From contig JACPKY010000001.1 in NCBI GenBank assembly GCA_016186795.1, positions 129,357-193,356 of the forward strand: a stretch of DNA of 64,000 nt, in the 5' to 3' direction. Below the pieces are notes generated by a model that saw only the letters and a program-made list of their open reading frames with translations, was not told where the DNA came from and did no database searches. Source of the stretch: Candidatus Gottesmanbacteria bacterium. GTDB taxonomy: Bacteria; Patescibacteriota; Microgenomatia; 2-02-FULL-39-11. A program made the position numbers and the translations under genes. Of the stretch, positions 30,956 to 41,099 are shown piece after piece. Every line of letters begins with the position of its first letter. Position 1 is the stretch's first letter.

Positions 30956-31621
30956 TCATAGGCCCTCTACCTCAGCCACCACTCTTACCGGAACACCATC
31001 AGTAGGAGTAGATAAAGGAAAAGCAAAGACACGGAATACTTTGTGGGTAAGTCTATCGAAATTTGTCAGATTTTCCATAATAGGAATCCCTGCTCCTAGA
31101 ATGATCTTGTGAATGGGAAATGGATCTTTATCTGGACTTGGTGAGTCAATCCCGACCATCTTCACCCGTGCCTGAGTTAGTCCTTTTGCAAAACCTTCTG
31201 AAAGAACTGAATACGAGGAAAAATAATCTTTCCTTTTCCAGTTCTTGCTATAGTCTGTCCGGATCAAAACAACTGTATCATTATATTTAGTAATATGATC
31301 TTTTATTTCGGAATGTATCGGATTTTGTCCTCGACAATCTAGGACAATTCCCTTTCCGGAAAATGTAGTTAGAGGTAACTCTGATAATGATTTTCCACCA
31401 GGAATAAAGTGTGATGGAGCATCCATATGAGTCCCTGTGTGACCGACAAAACTGTAGGAATGAACTGAACAGCCGTCTTTTGCAATCGTAAAAATCTTCT
31501 TAATTTGAGGAGAAGGATCACCCGGAAAAACGGGAAGATTTGATGTAAATGGGAGAGATAAATCTATATACTTATATCTCATACTATACTTTTTTAAAAA
31601 TAACTGTAACAAGACCTGCAA
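30956..31621 (-). CDS. Cyclase-family protein (kynurenine formamidase-like)
   Basis: HTGTHMDAPSHF metal-binding motif. Confidence 0.8.
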   Translation of the reverse strand: MQVLLQLFLKKYSMRYKYIDLSLPFTSNLPVFPGDPSPQIKKIFTIAKDGCSVHSYSFVGHTGTHMDAPSHFIPGGKSLSELPLTTFSGKGIVLDCRGQNPIHSEIKDHITKYNDTVVLIRTDYSKNWKRKDYFSSYSVLSEGFAKGLTQARVKMVGIDSPSPDKDPFPIHKIILGAGIPIMENLTNFDRLTHKVFRVFAFPLSTPTDGVPVRVVAEVEGL

Positions 31622-32444
31622 CGATTATACACCCTCCTATCCATTGTTGAAGCGTCATATTCTCTTTCAAAAATACGACACCAAGGATGGCTGCAAGAAA
31701 CATCGCAGGTACAAGAAAAAACGACCCTATGGCTCCTGGAAGGTATTTGAGACTGCTGTAGAGGAACGTAACACCGGTAAGGTAAAAAAAGCCATTCAGA
31801 AGTATGAGGAGAATGTCTCGCCCATCATATGTAGGGAAAGTTCCACCATTTATGACAAAAGGTATTAAGAATATTCCTCCAATAAGAAAACGAACCGATG
31901 TTACAACACTTGTCGGAATTTGGGGATCTATCTTTTTTGTCATAACATCAGTAATCCCAAAAGCAAGAGTCCCAGAAACTAGCATTATTTCACCAATCCG
32001 AAAGTTAAAACGCTCCGTCTGGGAAAGAAGATAGGCTCCGAAAAGCAGAAGACCCATACCGAGAAGTTGTCGAGGTACAATAGATTCTTTTAACCAAACG
32101 TATGCGGTCAAAGTGGCAAAGACGACTTCCAGTTGCAAAAGGAATGCTGCTTCGGAAACTGGAACAATTTGTAAACCCGATAGGGCAAAATAACCTCCTA
32201 TTCCTGAAGCAAGAATTCCAAATACCAAAAGAAGCGGAATGTCTTTTCGATTCACTTTCCTTAGAGAATACTTGGATAAAACAAGTGTAATCGGCAAAAA
32301 GAGAATTCCAATGACAAGTGATGTCCAAACCGTCACAACGAGAGGAGGAAACTTGGATACGAGGAGTTTGGCAGGAAAAAGATCGAGTGAGAAAATAATT
32401 GTTGTCAGTACTCCAAAGAAAAGTCCCTTCTGATAGTTTTTCAT
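31584..32444 (-). CDS. EamA/DMT-family transporter
   Basis: 286 aa, 10 TM. Confidence 0.7.
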   Translation of the reverse strand: MKNYQKGLFFGVLTTIIFSLDLFPAKLLVSKFPPLVVTVWTSLVIGILFLPITLVLSKYSLRKVNRKDIPLLLVFGILASGIGGYFALSGLQIVPVSEAAFLLQLEVVFATLTAYVWLKESIVPRQLLGMGLLLFGAYLLSQTERFNFRIGEIMLVSGTLAFGITDVMTKKIDPQIPTSVVTSVRFLIGGIFLIPFVINGGTFPTYDGRDILLILLNGFFYLTGVTFLYSSLKYLPGAIGSFFLVPAMFLAAILGVVFLKENMTLQQWIGGCIIVAGLVTVIFKKV

Positions 32445-32780
32445 AAAAAAACTCCCGCTAAAAATAGACTACTGTCTTAAGGACGGGAGTTCAAGAGTAT
32501 CTCCTCCGTGGTGCCACCTTAATTCCGGAAGGCTTCTTCCGCTCGTTTGAGACCTACTTTCCTCTGATTCGTATTACTTGAGGATTTCTTCAGTCTCCAG
32601 CTCCGAGGCTCGGTCCAGATTTTTTCATCTCTAGGTTCCTCATCAACGCTATTGGAAGGATTGTATTGAACAATACTATTTCTGTCAATACTGTCAGTTT
32701 TTATGTTTGAACTTTCGGATATTTTTCACTAACCCATCCGCCAACTGGCGGATAGATTATAGGCAGAATCGAGGATATAC

Positions 32781-33731
32781 TTACTGACCGGCAGGGGTTG
32801 TTGGTTGAACTTGCGCACCTCCCGTTGCCCCGGTTGGAACAACTTCCTTCTCCATCGCTTTGGGTGTGGTAGTCACTTTTGGCTTTGGTTGTGCTAAAGC
32901 TTCTTTGGTTGTCGTGATAACCTCAACAACTGGGGCTTTTGCCCAAGCAGCAACTGCTGCGGTTGTATACTGCGGTGTCCCGTTTGCTGCAACTGGTACG
33001 AGTGCGAAGTAGTACTTTACACCGGGAGTAAGGTATCCAACTGTGAACCAACGTATGTTACCCATATTCAAGAGGCCATACTGATATGATCCCGCTTTGG
33101 TTCCATATACCAGGTGATAGTTTTCGGCTCCTGAAACATTGGTCCAGTAAAGAGTTACTTGCCCCACCTTTGGACCTGCCTTGGCCCACAGTTTCTCGGC
33201 TCCAACTGGTCCGCCTGTCTTTGCCGAAACTGTTGGTTGAGCTGCCGCTTGGTCTTTTTTCACAGTCGGCGCACCTACTTTTGTATCCATCGATGCTGTT
33301 GAAACAACACCGCCTGCCGCAACCGCCCAGACTTCGCCAGAAAATGGACTTGAGGCACCATTGTGAGCTGCAATCATCCGGAAGTAGTATTTCACTCCTG
33401 GAGTAAGACTCTTGACGGTGTATTTTCTACTCATTTCACCGCCAATGTTTTCTGCTCCATATATGTATGTATTAGTCTTTGTTCCGTATGCAACACCGTA
33501 ACGGTCCGCGTAGTTGACGCCTTCCCAATAGATTGTAACTTCTCCCGCTTTTGGACCTGATTTTGCCCATACTTTTTTTGGAGCTTCCGGTCTTAACCCC
33601 CCCGAGGAATCACCGGCGTACACTTTGGAAGGAGCAAGGATTGACCCAACTCCCGCAATTCCCAATATTAATACCAGGAAGGAAAATGAGTAGATTTTTT
33701 TCATATACTTCAACTTTCTAGTAATTTTCAC
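32781..33731 (-). CDS. Secreted protein with two fibronectin type-III-like repeats
   Basis: Signal peptide. Duplicated VT(I/L)YW..YxxxYGTK..Y..LTPGVKYYF modules. Confidence 0.6.
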   Translation of the reverse strand: MKITRKLKYMKKIYSFSFLVLILGIAGVGSILAPSKVYAGDSSGGLRPEAPKKVWAKSGPKAGEVTIYWEGVNYADRYGVAYGTKTNTYIYGAENIGGEMSRKYTVKSLTPGVKYYFRMIAAHNGASSPFSGEVWAVAAGGVVSTASMDTKVGAPTVKKDQAAAQPTVSAKTGGPVGAEKLWAKAGPKVGQVTLYWTNVSGAENYHLVYGTKAGSYQYGLLNMGNIRWFTVGYLTPGVKYYFALVPVAANGTPQYTTAAVAAWAKAPVVEVITTTKEALAQPKPKVTTTPKAMEKEVVPTGATGGAQVQPTTPAGQ

Positions 33732-33956
33732 AGTCTGTCAAGGACTAATTAAATATAAATAAAAATATACAAAGGTAACAAAATATATCAATCCAAATGG
33801 AAAGTCCATTTCCTTTTCCCAACTCTCTCTTGACAGCGTGAATAAATGTGTGAAATGCTAGAACCAGTAAGGAAAACCTACAAAATAAATATGACCAGTT
33901 GGTAACAACAGACGGTGAACCTGAAAAGACGGTTTTCTTGTAGGTGGTTTTTTCAT

Positions 33957-36395
33957 ATGGCACGTCGCAAAAAGAAATCAATCGCAAAAAAAGTACAACT
34001 CCATAGCATGAGACCTATGGAATCGCTTCATGCCTTTCTTCGAAGCATAAATCTCTCAATAGTGAAAAAGACTTCTCCACGGATTAGCCAAAGGACGAAG
34101 AAAGTGAAGGGAAAATTGATGGTAACGAAAAACCTGAAAAAGCGAGGATTTTCACAATCAACATCCGTTCAATTATTCCTTACCGAATTCCACCGCTCAA
34201 AGACAAACACTCATATAACACTCACGAAAAAGAAAGAGACGCTTTCAAAACTTCCATCACAAACAGGAATATTTCTCAAGACATTTTGGAGCAGAAACCA
34301 AAGAGTAATTATTCCAATCGTTGGAATAGGTTTCATCGCAAGCGGAACATTCTACTTTTATATCCTTCGAGATCTCCCTTCACCGTTTACTCTTTCTTCC
34401 CAGCATATTGCGCAGACAACGATTATACGGGATCGCAATGGAATCGTTTTGTATAAAGTCTACAAAGACGCAAACCGCGTTAAAATGACATGGGATGAAA
34501 TCCCAACAGTCGTGAAAAATGCAACAATTGCCATTGAAGATGCCGATTTTTACCGCCATAACGGAATTTCTCCCAAAGCAATTGTCAGGGCATTCCTCTA
34601 CAACCTTCAGCAAACAAATATCAATACCTATCAAGGGGGTTCTACTATCACCCAGCAATTAGTAAAAAACAGGCTCCTCAATCAACAGAAAACATATAAA
34701 CGGAAAGCTCAAGAAATTATTCTAGCCCTAGCAACCGACCTTCTCTATTCAAAAAAAGAAATCCTCAACATGTATCTCAATGAAGTAGGTTACGGAGGTC
34801 CGGCATATGGGATTGAGTCGGCCGCACAGATGTATTTCGGAGTACATGCGAAAGACTTGAGTTTAGCTCAAGCAGCATTCCTTGCTGGTCTTCCGGCTGC
34901 CCCAACGACATTTTCTCCTTTTGGCACAAATCCGCACCTATCAACAATTCGGCAGCAGCAAGTTCTTGATAGGATGTTAAACCTTTCCATGATCTCCAAA
35001 ACTGCGTATGATCAAGCACGAAATGAACTCCTTGTTTTTGCTGCACAAAAAATTGATATCTTGGCTCCCCATTTCGTAATGTTTGTCAAAGACCAACTGG
35101 TGACGCAATTGGGTGAAAATGTTGTCGTCGGCGGAGGCCTTGATGTTATTACTACTCTTGATTATTCCATTCAGCAAAAGGCAGAAGAGGTAGTGAAAAA
35201 GCAAATAGAAAGTATGGGAAAAGGCTACAATATCCATAATGGCGCAGCTCTTGTCACCGACCCGCAAACAGGAGAAATCTTAGCCATGGTTGGATCACAG
35301 GATTACTTTGATGTTGCAAACAAAGGCCATGTCAATGTCACAACAGCTCTTCGACAACCTGGCTCTTCCATAAAAGTAGTCAATTACGCCTACGCCTTTG
35401 ACCATGGCTATACTCCCAATAGCGTTATTGAGGACTCACCGGTTGTGTTTGTAGCACCAGGTGCGACCGAACGGTATGCACCACAAAATTACGATTCGAA
35501 ATTCCATGGGAACGTCACCTTTCGGTCGGCATTGGCAAATTCCTACAATATTCCTGCTGTAAAAATCCTCAATCGGATTGGGGTTCCCAACATGCTTGAG
35601 CAGGGAAGAAAGATGGGGATACGAAGCTGGAATGATCCACCTCCTATCGGGCTTTCGCTCACATTAGGAGGGCTTGAGGTAACCATGCTTGATATGGCAC
35701 GAGTCTACGGAACACTGGCAAATCAAGGGGTGAGGAAAGAGTTGAAGTTCATAAAAGAGATTCGGGATAGTGACCAATCTGACCTGACAAAACTTTTTTA
35801 TGAAAAAAGCAAAGACCTATCGCTTATCGGAAGTGTCGAGGCAGAAGAAAATGCTCAAGTCGTTTCCCCTCTTGCCGCTTATTGGCTGACAGACATCCTT
35901 GCCGATAACAACGCCCGGCTTCCAGCCTTTGGACGGTATGCAAAGCTATCAGTACCTGGACATAAAGTCGCTGTGAAAACAGGAACATCAAATAATTTCC
36001 GGGATAACTGGACGATCGGCTTCTCACCAAACTATCTTGTGGCAACGTGGGTTGGCAATAGTGATGGAACGTACATGAACAAAAATCTTGTTTCAGGCAT
36101 AACAGGAGCTGCCCCAATTTGGCATGAAATTATGTCATCTCTCCTTTCCGATGTTGAGGCAAAGGAATTCTCTGTCCCTGAAGGACTCATTCCAATTAAA
36201 GTTTGTGCAGTCAATGGCCTTCTTACCTGCCCCAACTGTCCGCAGGAGAAAATAGAGTACTTTGCCGCTGATAAAGTCCCAACGAAACAGTGCTATTTCA
36301 GATCTGCCTCAGACTGTGCTTCTGCCAAGCAGCAAGCAGAAGGAAAATCTGAGGAAGAAAAAAAGCAACTCCTTGCCGGATGCTTCGCAAACTAA
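33957..36395 (+). CDS. Class A penicillin-binding protein (transglycosylase + transpeptidase)
   Basis: GT51 motifs EDADFYRHNGIS and GGSTITQQLVKN. Transpeptidase SxxK (GSSIK), SYN, KTGT. ORF opens at 33915. RBS-supported ATG at 33957. Confidence 0.85.
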   Translation: MARRKKKSIAKKVQLHSMRPMESLHAFLRSINLSIVKKTSPRISQRTKKVKGKLMVTKNLKKRGFSQSTSVQLFLTEFHRSKTNTHITLTKKKETLSKLPSQTGIFLKTFWSRNQRVIIPIVGIGFIASGTFYFYILRDLPSPFTLSSQHIAQTTIIRDRNGIVLYKVYKDANRVKMTWDEIPTVVKNATIAIEDADFYRHNGISPKAIVRAFLYNLQQTNINTYQGGSTITQQLVKNRLLNQQKTYKRKAQEIILALATDLLYSKKEILNMYLNEVGYGGPAYGIESAAQMYFGVHAKDLSLAQAAFLAGLPAAPTTFSPFGTNPHLSTIRQQQVLDRMLNLSMISKTAYDQARNELLVFAAQKIDILAPHFVMFVKDQLVTQLGENVVVGGGLDVITTLDYSIQQKAEEVVKKQIESMGKGYNIHNGAALVTDPQTGEILAMVGSQDYFDVANKGHVNVTTALRQPGSSIKVVNYAYAFDHGYTPNSVIEDSPVVFVAPGATERYAPQNYDSKFHGNVTFRSALANSYNIPAVKILNRIGVPNMLEQGRKMGIRSWNDPPPIGLSLTLGGLEVTMLDMARVYGTLANQGVRKELKFIKEIRDSDQSDLTKLFYEKSKDLSLIGSVEAEENAQVVSPLAAYWLTDILADNNARLPAFGRYAKLSVPGHKVAVKTGTSNNFRDNWTIGFSPNYLVATWVGNSDGTYMNKNLVSGITGAAPIWHEIMSSLLSDVEAKEFSVPEGLIPIKVCAVNGLLTCPNCPQEKIEYFAADKVPTKQCYFRSASDCASAKQQAEGKSEEEKKQLLAGCFAN

Positions 36396-36453
36396 TCTAA
36401 TTTCCATATCTTAAATTGACATACTATTCATACAATGGTATTATTTATACCAA

Positions 36454-36732
36454 ATGAATACGTCTATGATCGTCACAAATATCCGGATGCCGAAACAGAT
36501 CTATACCAAAGTAAAAACATTGGCTGCGGAAAAAGGTATAAGTTTCAACCAATATATCAATCAACTTGTTGCCGAAAAGACAAGATTAAAACAATTGGGA
36601 TTGGATAAAAAACCACTCAAAAGAAACCAATATCCATCTCTCTGGGATTTAGCAAAGTTAGCCAAACTTCCCTCAAAGCCCATGGGTGCATCGAAGGATG
36701 ACAAAATCATTTACGGTATAGATGATCGATAA
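36454..36732 (+). CDS. Ribbon-helix-helix antitoxin (VapB/CopG-like)
   Basis: TNIRMPKQIYTKVKTLAAEKGISFNQYINQLV beta-alpha-alpha. Overlaps the PIN gene. Confidence 0.6.
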   Translation: MNTSMIVTNIRMPKQIYTKVKTLAAEKGISFNQYINQLVAEKTRLKQLGLDKKPLKRNQYPSLWDLAKLAKLPSKPMGASKDDKIIYGIDDR

Positions 36733-37126
36733 AGTATTTATTGACACGAGTTTTTTAAAGGCCGTGGTCGACGAAAAAGACGACTTTTATACCGATGCGT
36801 TAAGGATTTGGAACAGATTCCGGGAGGGAAATTTTCAGCTTCTTACCTCTAATTTTATCCTTGATGAGACACTTACACTTGTTCGTATCCGCAGAGGTCT
36901 CCATATTATAGAATTATTTAGAAAAATTCTTGCCGGAAAGCCTGCTATAGAAATAGAAAGAGTTGCTCTTGAGGACGAAGAAAATGCATGGAAATGGTTC
37001 ATGCTTCCCTGGAAAGATCTATCCTTTACTGACTGCATCTCCTTTGCCTTGATGAAGCGGCTTGGACTGAACAGAGTTGCTACTTTCGATAAACACTTCC
37101 GCCAGGCCGGATTTATCCTCTTTTGA
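36722..37126 (+). CDS. PIN-domain toxin (VapC-like)
   Basis: VFIDTSF (Asp), LDET, conserved C-terminal FD acidic residues. 134 aa. Confidence 0.8.
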   Translation: MIDKVFIDTSFLKAVVDEKDDFYTDALRIWNRFREGNFQLLTSNFILDETLTLVRIRRGLHIIELFRKILAGKPAIEIERVALEDEENAWKWFMLPWKDLSFTDCISFALMKRLGLNRVATFDKHFRQAGFILF

Positions 37127-37174
37127 CCAACTAGTATTTTGCCTGTCCCCCGGGCACTCAGGACATACGGCCAC

Positions 37175-37203
37175 TTGACAAGTAACCTATAGTAGGATAT
37201 ACT
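37175..37203 (+). promoter_or_regulatory. Sigma-70-like promoter TTGACA-N17-TATACT containing the ctatagtagga motif variant
   Basis: Read directly, 65 bp upstream of 37268. Confidence 0.5.
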
Positions 37204-37267
37204 CCCCTTTCTTCCTCGAAGTAGAGACAAATAATCATCGTATAAACTACGATGGTTTTTTGTATCT

Positions 37268-37879
37268 ATGAGACAGTATATCTTCTTCATCTTACTAGTC
37301 CTTTTCCTTAGCCCTCTAGGTGGGCTGGTTCATTCTGCCTATGCATCTGCCGAGGCTATTGAGGAGGACGCAATTCAGAAGCTTATGATTGATCCGAGGT
37401 CTGAGGTGCCTGAGTATAAACTCTTGCCCAAACCCACTCCAGCCCCTCAAGAAAATAGCCTCCAGACAGAGGACGACCGTGCCTGGACGACCTCCCTCTA
37501 CCGAAAGACGATTGGCGAAGTAGCCAATAAGTACCATCTTGATGCACAGCTTCTCTATGCTACCATCATGACTGAATCTGAGGGGAACGAGTTTGCCTTC
37601 CGCTACGAACCTCAAATCAAGGACGCGAGCTTTTGTATCGGGCAAATACTTCTTTCTACTGCCCGTTCTCTTGGGTTTAACGGAGAACCAAAGGAGCTCT
37701 ATAACCCTGAGATCTGTATTGACCTCATGGGGAGATACTACCGCTTCATGCTTGATACCCATGGAGAACTTACGTTCGTGCAGCTTGCACAAGCATACAA
37801 CACTGGCTCACCGTTTAAATGGGCAGTTCCAGGACACATCGAAAGATTTACCATTTGGTATGAAGAGAAAGGAAGCTAA
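37268..37879 (+). CDS. Secreted lytic transglycosylase (SLT)-domain protein
   Basis: Signal peptide. LLYATIMTESEGNEFAFRYEP catalytic Glu-Ser region. Confidence 0.6.
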   Translation: MRQYIFFILLVLFLSPLGGLVHSAYASAEAIEEDAIQKLMIDPRSEVPEYKLLPKPTPAPQENSLQTEDDRAWTTSLYRKTIGEVANKYHLDAQLLYATIMTESEGNEFAFRYEPQIKDASFCIGQILLSTARSLGFNGEPKELYNPEICIDLMGRYYRFMLDTHGELTFVQLAQAYNTGSPFKWAVPGHIERFTIWYEEKGS

Positions 37880-37883
37880 AGGT

Positions 37884-38792
37884 CTACTTCACTTGCCAAC
37901 TCTTCCCATCACTCACTACCTCAATATCTCCATCCACATCGGTCCTTCTTAACTGTATCGATCTATTTCGTAAGAGATCAATTGCTTCTTTTGAAGGATG
38001 ACCGTAGCTATTTTTCCCAACAGAAATGACAGCAAGTTCTGGACGGATAAAATCAAGAAATTCGCGGCTCATGCCGGTTTTGGAACCATGATGTGGAACT
38101 TTGAGCACCGTAACTGGTTGTAATAGTCCAAGTCTTAGGATATCTGGCTGAATTCTGATATCCCCATCCCCGGTAAAAAGAGTGTGGAAAGAACCATACG
38201 AAAGATTGATGTAATAGGAAAAATCGTTGATATCAGTCTCGGTGGAAAGACCTAAGATAGCACCAGATATCAAACTGTTAGGATAATCCGCTAGATCGAC
38301 GTGACTAAAAACCCAGTTTTTTTCTGGCCAAACAACCGTAAATTCAACACTTCCAAGTTCGAAATGGTCTCCGGCAAAGAGGTTCTTCAGTGGAATTTGC
38401 TGGCGAGAAAGTTCCTCAATCAACATTCTATATCCTTCAGTATCGTTTTCCTCTAAACCACTAATAAAATATTTCACACTATATCGTTTAATCAGAGAAA
38501 TCAATCCTTGCAGATGATCTTTTTGCGGGTGGGTAAGGAGGACAATATCGATCGTCCGGTCGTAAAAAGGCATATGTTTCCCAAGGCAAAGAAGGATACT
38601 ATCATTGGGTCCGCCATCAATAACCATATCCAAGTTTTCCGGTGTCCTGATATAGGCACCGTCTCCTTGGCCGACGTTGCAAAAAACGATATGGAGAAGA
38701 CCATCGGGAAGAGAGAAAAGATAGCCTCCGAGAAGAATAAGGCCGAAGAGAATCCCAATGATAAAGTACTTTTTAGAGAACATAATTCCCAA
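37884..38792 (-). CDS. comEC: ComEC C-terminal metallo-beta-lactamase domain (separate ORF)
   Basis: HxHxDH (LTHPQKDHLQG), VPHHGS. N-terminal TM. Different frame from the competence-domain ORF. Confidence 0.75.
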   Translation of the reverse strand: MGIMFSKKYFIIGILFGLILLGGYLFSLPDGLLHIVFCNVGQGDGAYIRTPENLDMVIDGGPNDSILLCLGKHMPFYDRTIDIVLLTHPQKDHLQGLISLIKRYSVKYFISGLEENDTEGYRMLIEELSRQQIPLKNLFAGDHFELGSVEFTVVWPEKNWVFSHVDLADYPNSLISGAILGLSTETDINDFSYYINLSYGSFHTLFTGDGDIRIQPDILRLGLLQPVTVLKVPHHGSKTGMSREFLDFIRPELAVISVGKNSYGHPSKEAIDLLRNRSIQLRRTDVDGDIEVVSDGKSWQVK

Positions 38793-38859
38793 TAAGAATC
38801 AAATCCCAAATCCCAACTCCAATCAACACCAATGTCAAATAGCAATGACCAATCTATGA

Positions 38860-39663
38860 CTAAAATCGTATCGAAGCGAACGGGATTCGAGCCAAAAGCT
38901 CTATAACAGTAATAATATACGTCAACGGTACCCACGTAAACCATGCCGGCACAATTCCTAAAGGAAGCCAAATTATCGATACTAAACTCGTGAAAAACCC
39001 CAAGATCATAATTGGCTGGATTGCCCATTCTATGAGAACATTCGCGACAGGCGAAATGAGTGAAATTCTGCCAAATCGAAGAAAGATTACTGGCAGTGTA
39101 AAAAGTTGAGCGCTAAGTGTGAGGCGAAGATTTTCTTTCAGAAAATAAAAAAGTTGATCTCTCAATCTATTTTGTAACTGGCGCTTGGATGGTTTATTTG
39201 CCAAAAGGATTCCCAGTGTCGCTAAGAAAGAAAGTTGAAATGAGACATCTTTTACGAGAGAAAAATCGAACAGAAGTATTACCATGGCGGCTAAAAATAA
39301 ACTTAGCAATCCCCAATTTTGTCTGCCAAAAACGATGGCAACCAAATTCATCGAGCCCATAATGGAGGCCCGTACTATTGATGGACTGGCTCCCACAAAC
39401 AAAACAAATAGTACTATAAGACATATCGTAATAATACTAGAGGCCTTTTTTCCCATGAAGGTAAGCATTTTGGCTGTCAGTGTAGTCAAAATAGTAATAT
39501 TTATTCCAGAAAGGGCAATAATATGAAGCGTCCCGGTAGTAATAAGGCTCTGGTAGAAACTCCGTGGCATTGGCCCATCAATACCGAAAAGAATTCCAAG
39601 AAGTAACGATGCCTGAGGCTCGGAAAGAAGATGCTGAATTGGGGCAACGAACGGATTAGTCAT
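38860..39663 (-). CDS. comEC: ComEC competence (DNA internalisation channel) domain
   Basis: LLLGILFG...TGTLHIIALSGINITIL...VGASPSIVRAS signature of the Competence domain. Confidence 0.8.
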   Translation of the reverse strand: MTNPFVAPIQHLLSEPQASLLLGILFGIDGPMPRSFYQSLITTGTLHIIALSGINITILTTLTAKMLTFMGKKASSIITICLIVLFVLFVGASPSIVRASIMGSMNLVAIVFGRQNWGLLSLFLAAMVILLFDFSLVKDVSFQLSFLATLGILLANKPSKRQLQNRLRDQLFYFLKENLRLTLSAQLFTLPVIFLRFGRISLISPVANVLIEWAIQPIMILGFFTSLVSIIWLPLGIVPAWFTWVPLTYIITVIELLARIPFASIRF

Positions 39664-39673
39664 GGGGCACCCC

Positions 39674-40444
39674 CTAGGTGATATGTAAGAAGCGGACCAA
39701 GAACTGCAAGCGTTTCTTTTCCGATAGACTAAAAAAGACGAGAAAAAAGCGCAAGGAATAGGTTGCGATAATGGTAAAAAATGTAGAGGTTGTAAAGATG
39801 GTCACAGGGTAATAGCGTAAGTTTACGTCATAGATATTCGTAAATCCTATGAGTAAGAATGTTAGTCCGACAACCAAGAAGAATAAAGGTTTATTGTAGC
39901 CACCGAACCACTGACTTGTGAAAAAGATGGATTTTGTGGAAGAAATTCCTAAGATAACTGAGGCCAAAATAAGAGAAATAAGATATAAATCGCTAATTCG
40001 ATCCTCAAGTGGATGGTTTATTTCCAAAATCCCAAGCATGAAACAGACAAAAAGACTATTTAAGAAAATGAGGTAGTGACTGAGCCTTCCATGAAACATC
40101 TCGTTGACCCGATAGGATAATGCGCGTTTGTCCTGCCGAAGATATCGCCACATAATTTTTCCTGTAAAATGGATACCATCGCCCACGTATGCTCCCGCAA
40201 AAAAGATTAGCATGATAGCAATAAGGTCAAAATCTCCCAATGGAAAAAGTGTCATTGATGGGCGAAGAAGGATGTTTCTGACAATACTGTACCAGCCGAT
40301 ATAAAAAAGGAGAGGGAAAAGAAAAATGGTCAGCCAGTCGCTAACAGGTACGCGTTTAAAGACCTTCTCTTCAAGCCTCCCTCTCCTATGGGAGATAACA
40401 GCAATTAAGGCAACTGCCGCAATGAAAAAAAATCCTTTCAGCAT
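39674..40444 (-). CDS. Polytopic membrane protein, possibly ComEC N-terminal (DUF4131-like) part
   Basis: Position and orientation fit the ComEC N-terminus. Stop is 10 nt and one frame away from the competence-domain ATG. Confidence 0.4.
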   Translation of the reverse strand: MLKGFFFIAAVALIAVISHRRGRLEEKVFKRVPVSDWLTIFLFPLLFYIGWYSIVRNILLRPSMTLFPLGDFDLIAIMLIFFAGAYVGDGIHFTGKIMWRYLRQDKRALSYRVNEMFHGRLSHYLIFLNSLFVCFMLGILEINHPLEDRISDLYLISLILASVILGISSTKSIFFTSQWFGGYNKPLFFLVVGLTFLLIGFTNIYDVNLRYYPVTIFTTSTFFTIIATYSLRFFLVFFSLSEKKRLQFLVRFLHIT

Positions 40445-40463
40445 TCCTTTTTACTCTAGCAAA

Positions 40464-41084
40464 TCAGTATAAAGTGATCAAATCGGCTAGATTATCAAAG
40501 GTTTTCTGACCAAGAATTTTTTTCGTCAATAACTCATCAATTGATTTGTACGGACGGCCTGAAATAATTTTCTCGGCGGTCACTGGACCAATACCCGGAA
40601 GAGATTCTAACTCTGATTTTGAGGCAGAATTCAAAGGAATAAGAGCTGATAGATCTGTCGTTTGCATCCCTCGTACGTCCGATTTTGCAGATTCGGAGAC
40701 GTTTGGTATATAGAGTTTTATCCCATCGGTTAGTTTTGATGCTTTATTGAGAGTCTGAGAAACCCAAGTACGATCGGCATTGCTAGATAGACCACCAGCG
40801 ATTGTAAGAGCATCGGAAATCCGAGCCCCTATGGGAAGTTCATACACACCAGGCTTTTGCACTGCTCCTTCAATATCAATAACAACAGTAAGAGTTGAAG
40901 AGTGTGTGGAATCCGTAGAAAAAACAACTTCAGAATCATCCGGTGAACGTTTCACAAGTGTAAATATTCCCGAGGCTACAAGAACTATTCCGACAATACC
41001 AACAATGATAGGTATGGCAAATATCTGCCATATTCTTTTTATTCCCTCAATATGAGAAGACTCATGGTCATCTGAAAAACTCAT
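40464..41084 (-). CDS. comEA: ComEA-like DNA receptor (SLBB + helix-hairpin-helix)
   Basis: N-terminal TM. C-terminal LESLPGIGPVTAEKII...FDNLADL HhH motifs. Confidence 0.8.
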   Translation of the reverse strand: MSFSDDHESSHIEGIKRIWQIFAIPIIVGIVGIVLVASGIFTLVKRSPDDSEVVFSTDSTHSSTLTVVIDIEGAVQKPGVYELPIGARISDALTIAGGLSSNADRTWVSQTLNKASKLTDGIKLYIPNVSESAKSDVRGMQTTDLSALIPLNSASKSELESLPGIGPVTAEKIISGRPYKSIDELLTKKILGQKTFDNLADLITLY

Positions 41085-41099
41085 GCTGTACTAGGAGTA

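Noticed and set aside
36835-37290. 151-aa minus-strand ORF
   Set aside because: Antisense to the well-supported PIN toxin gene.
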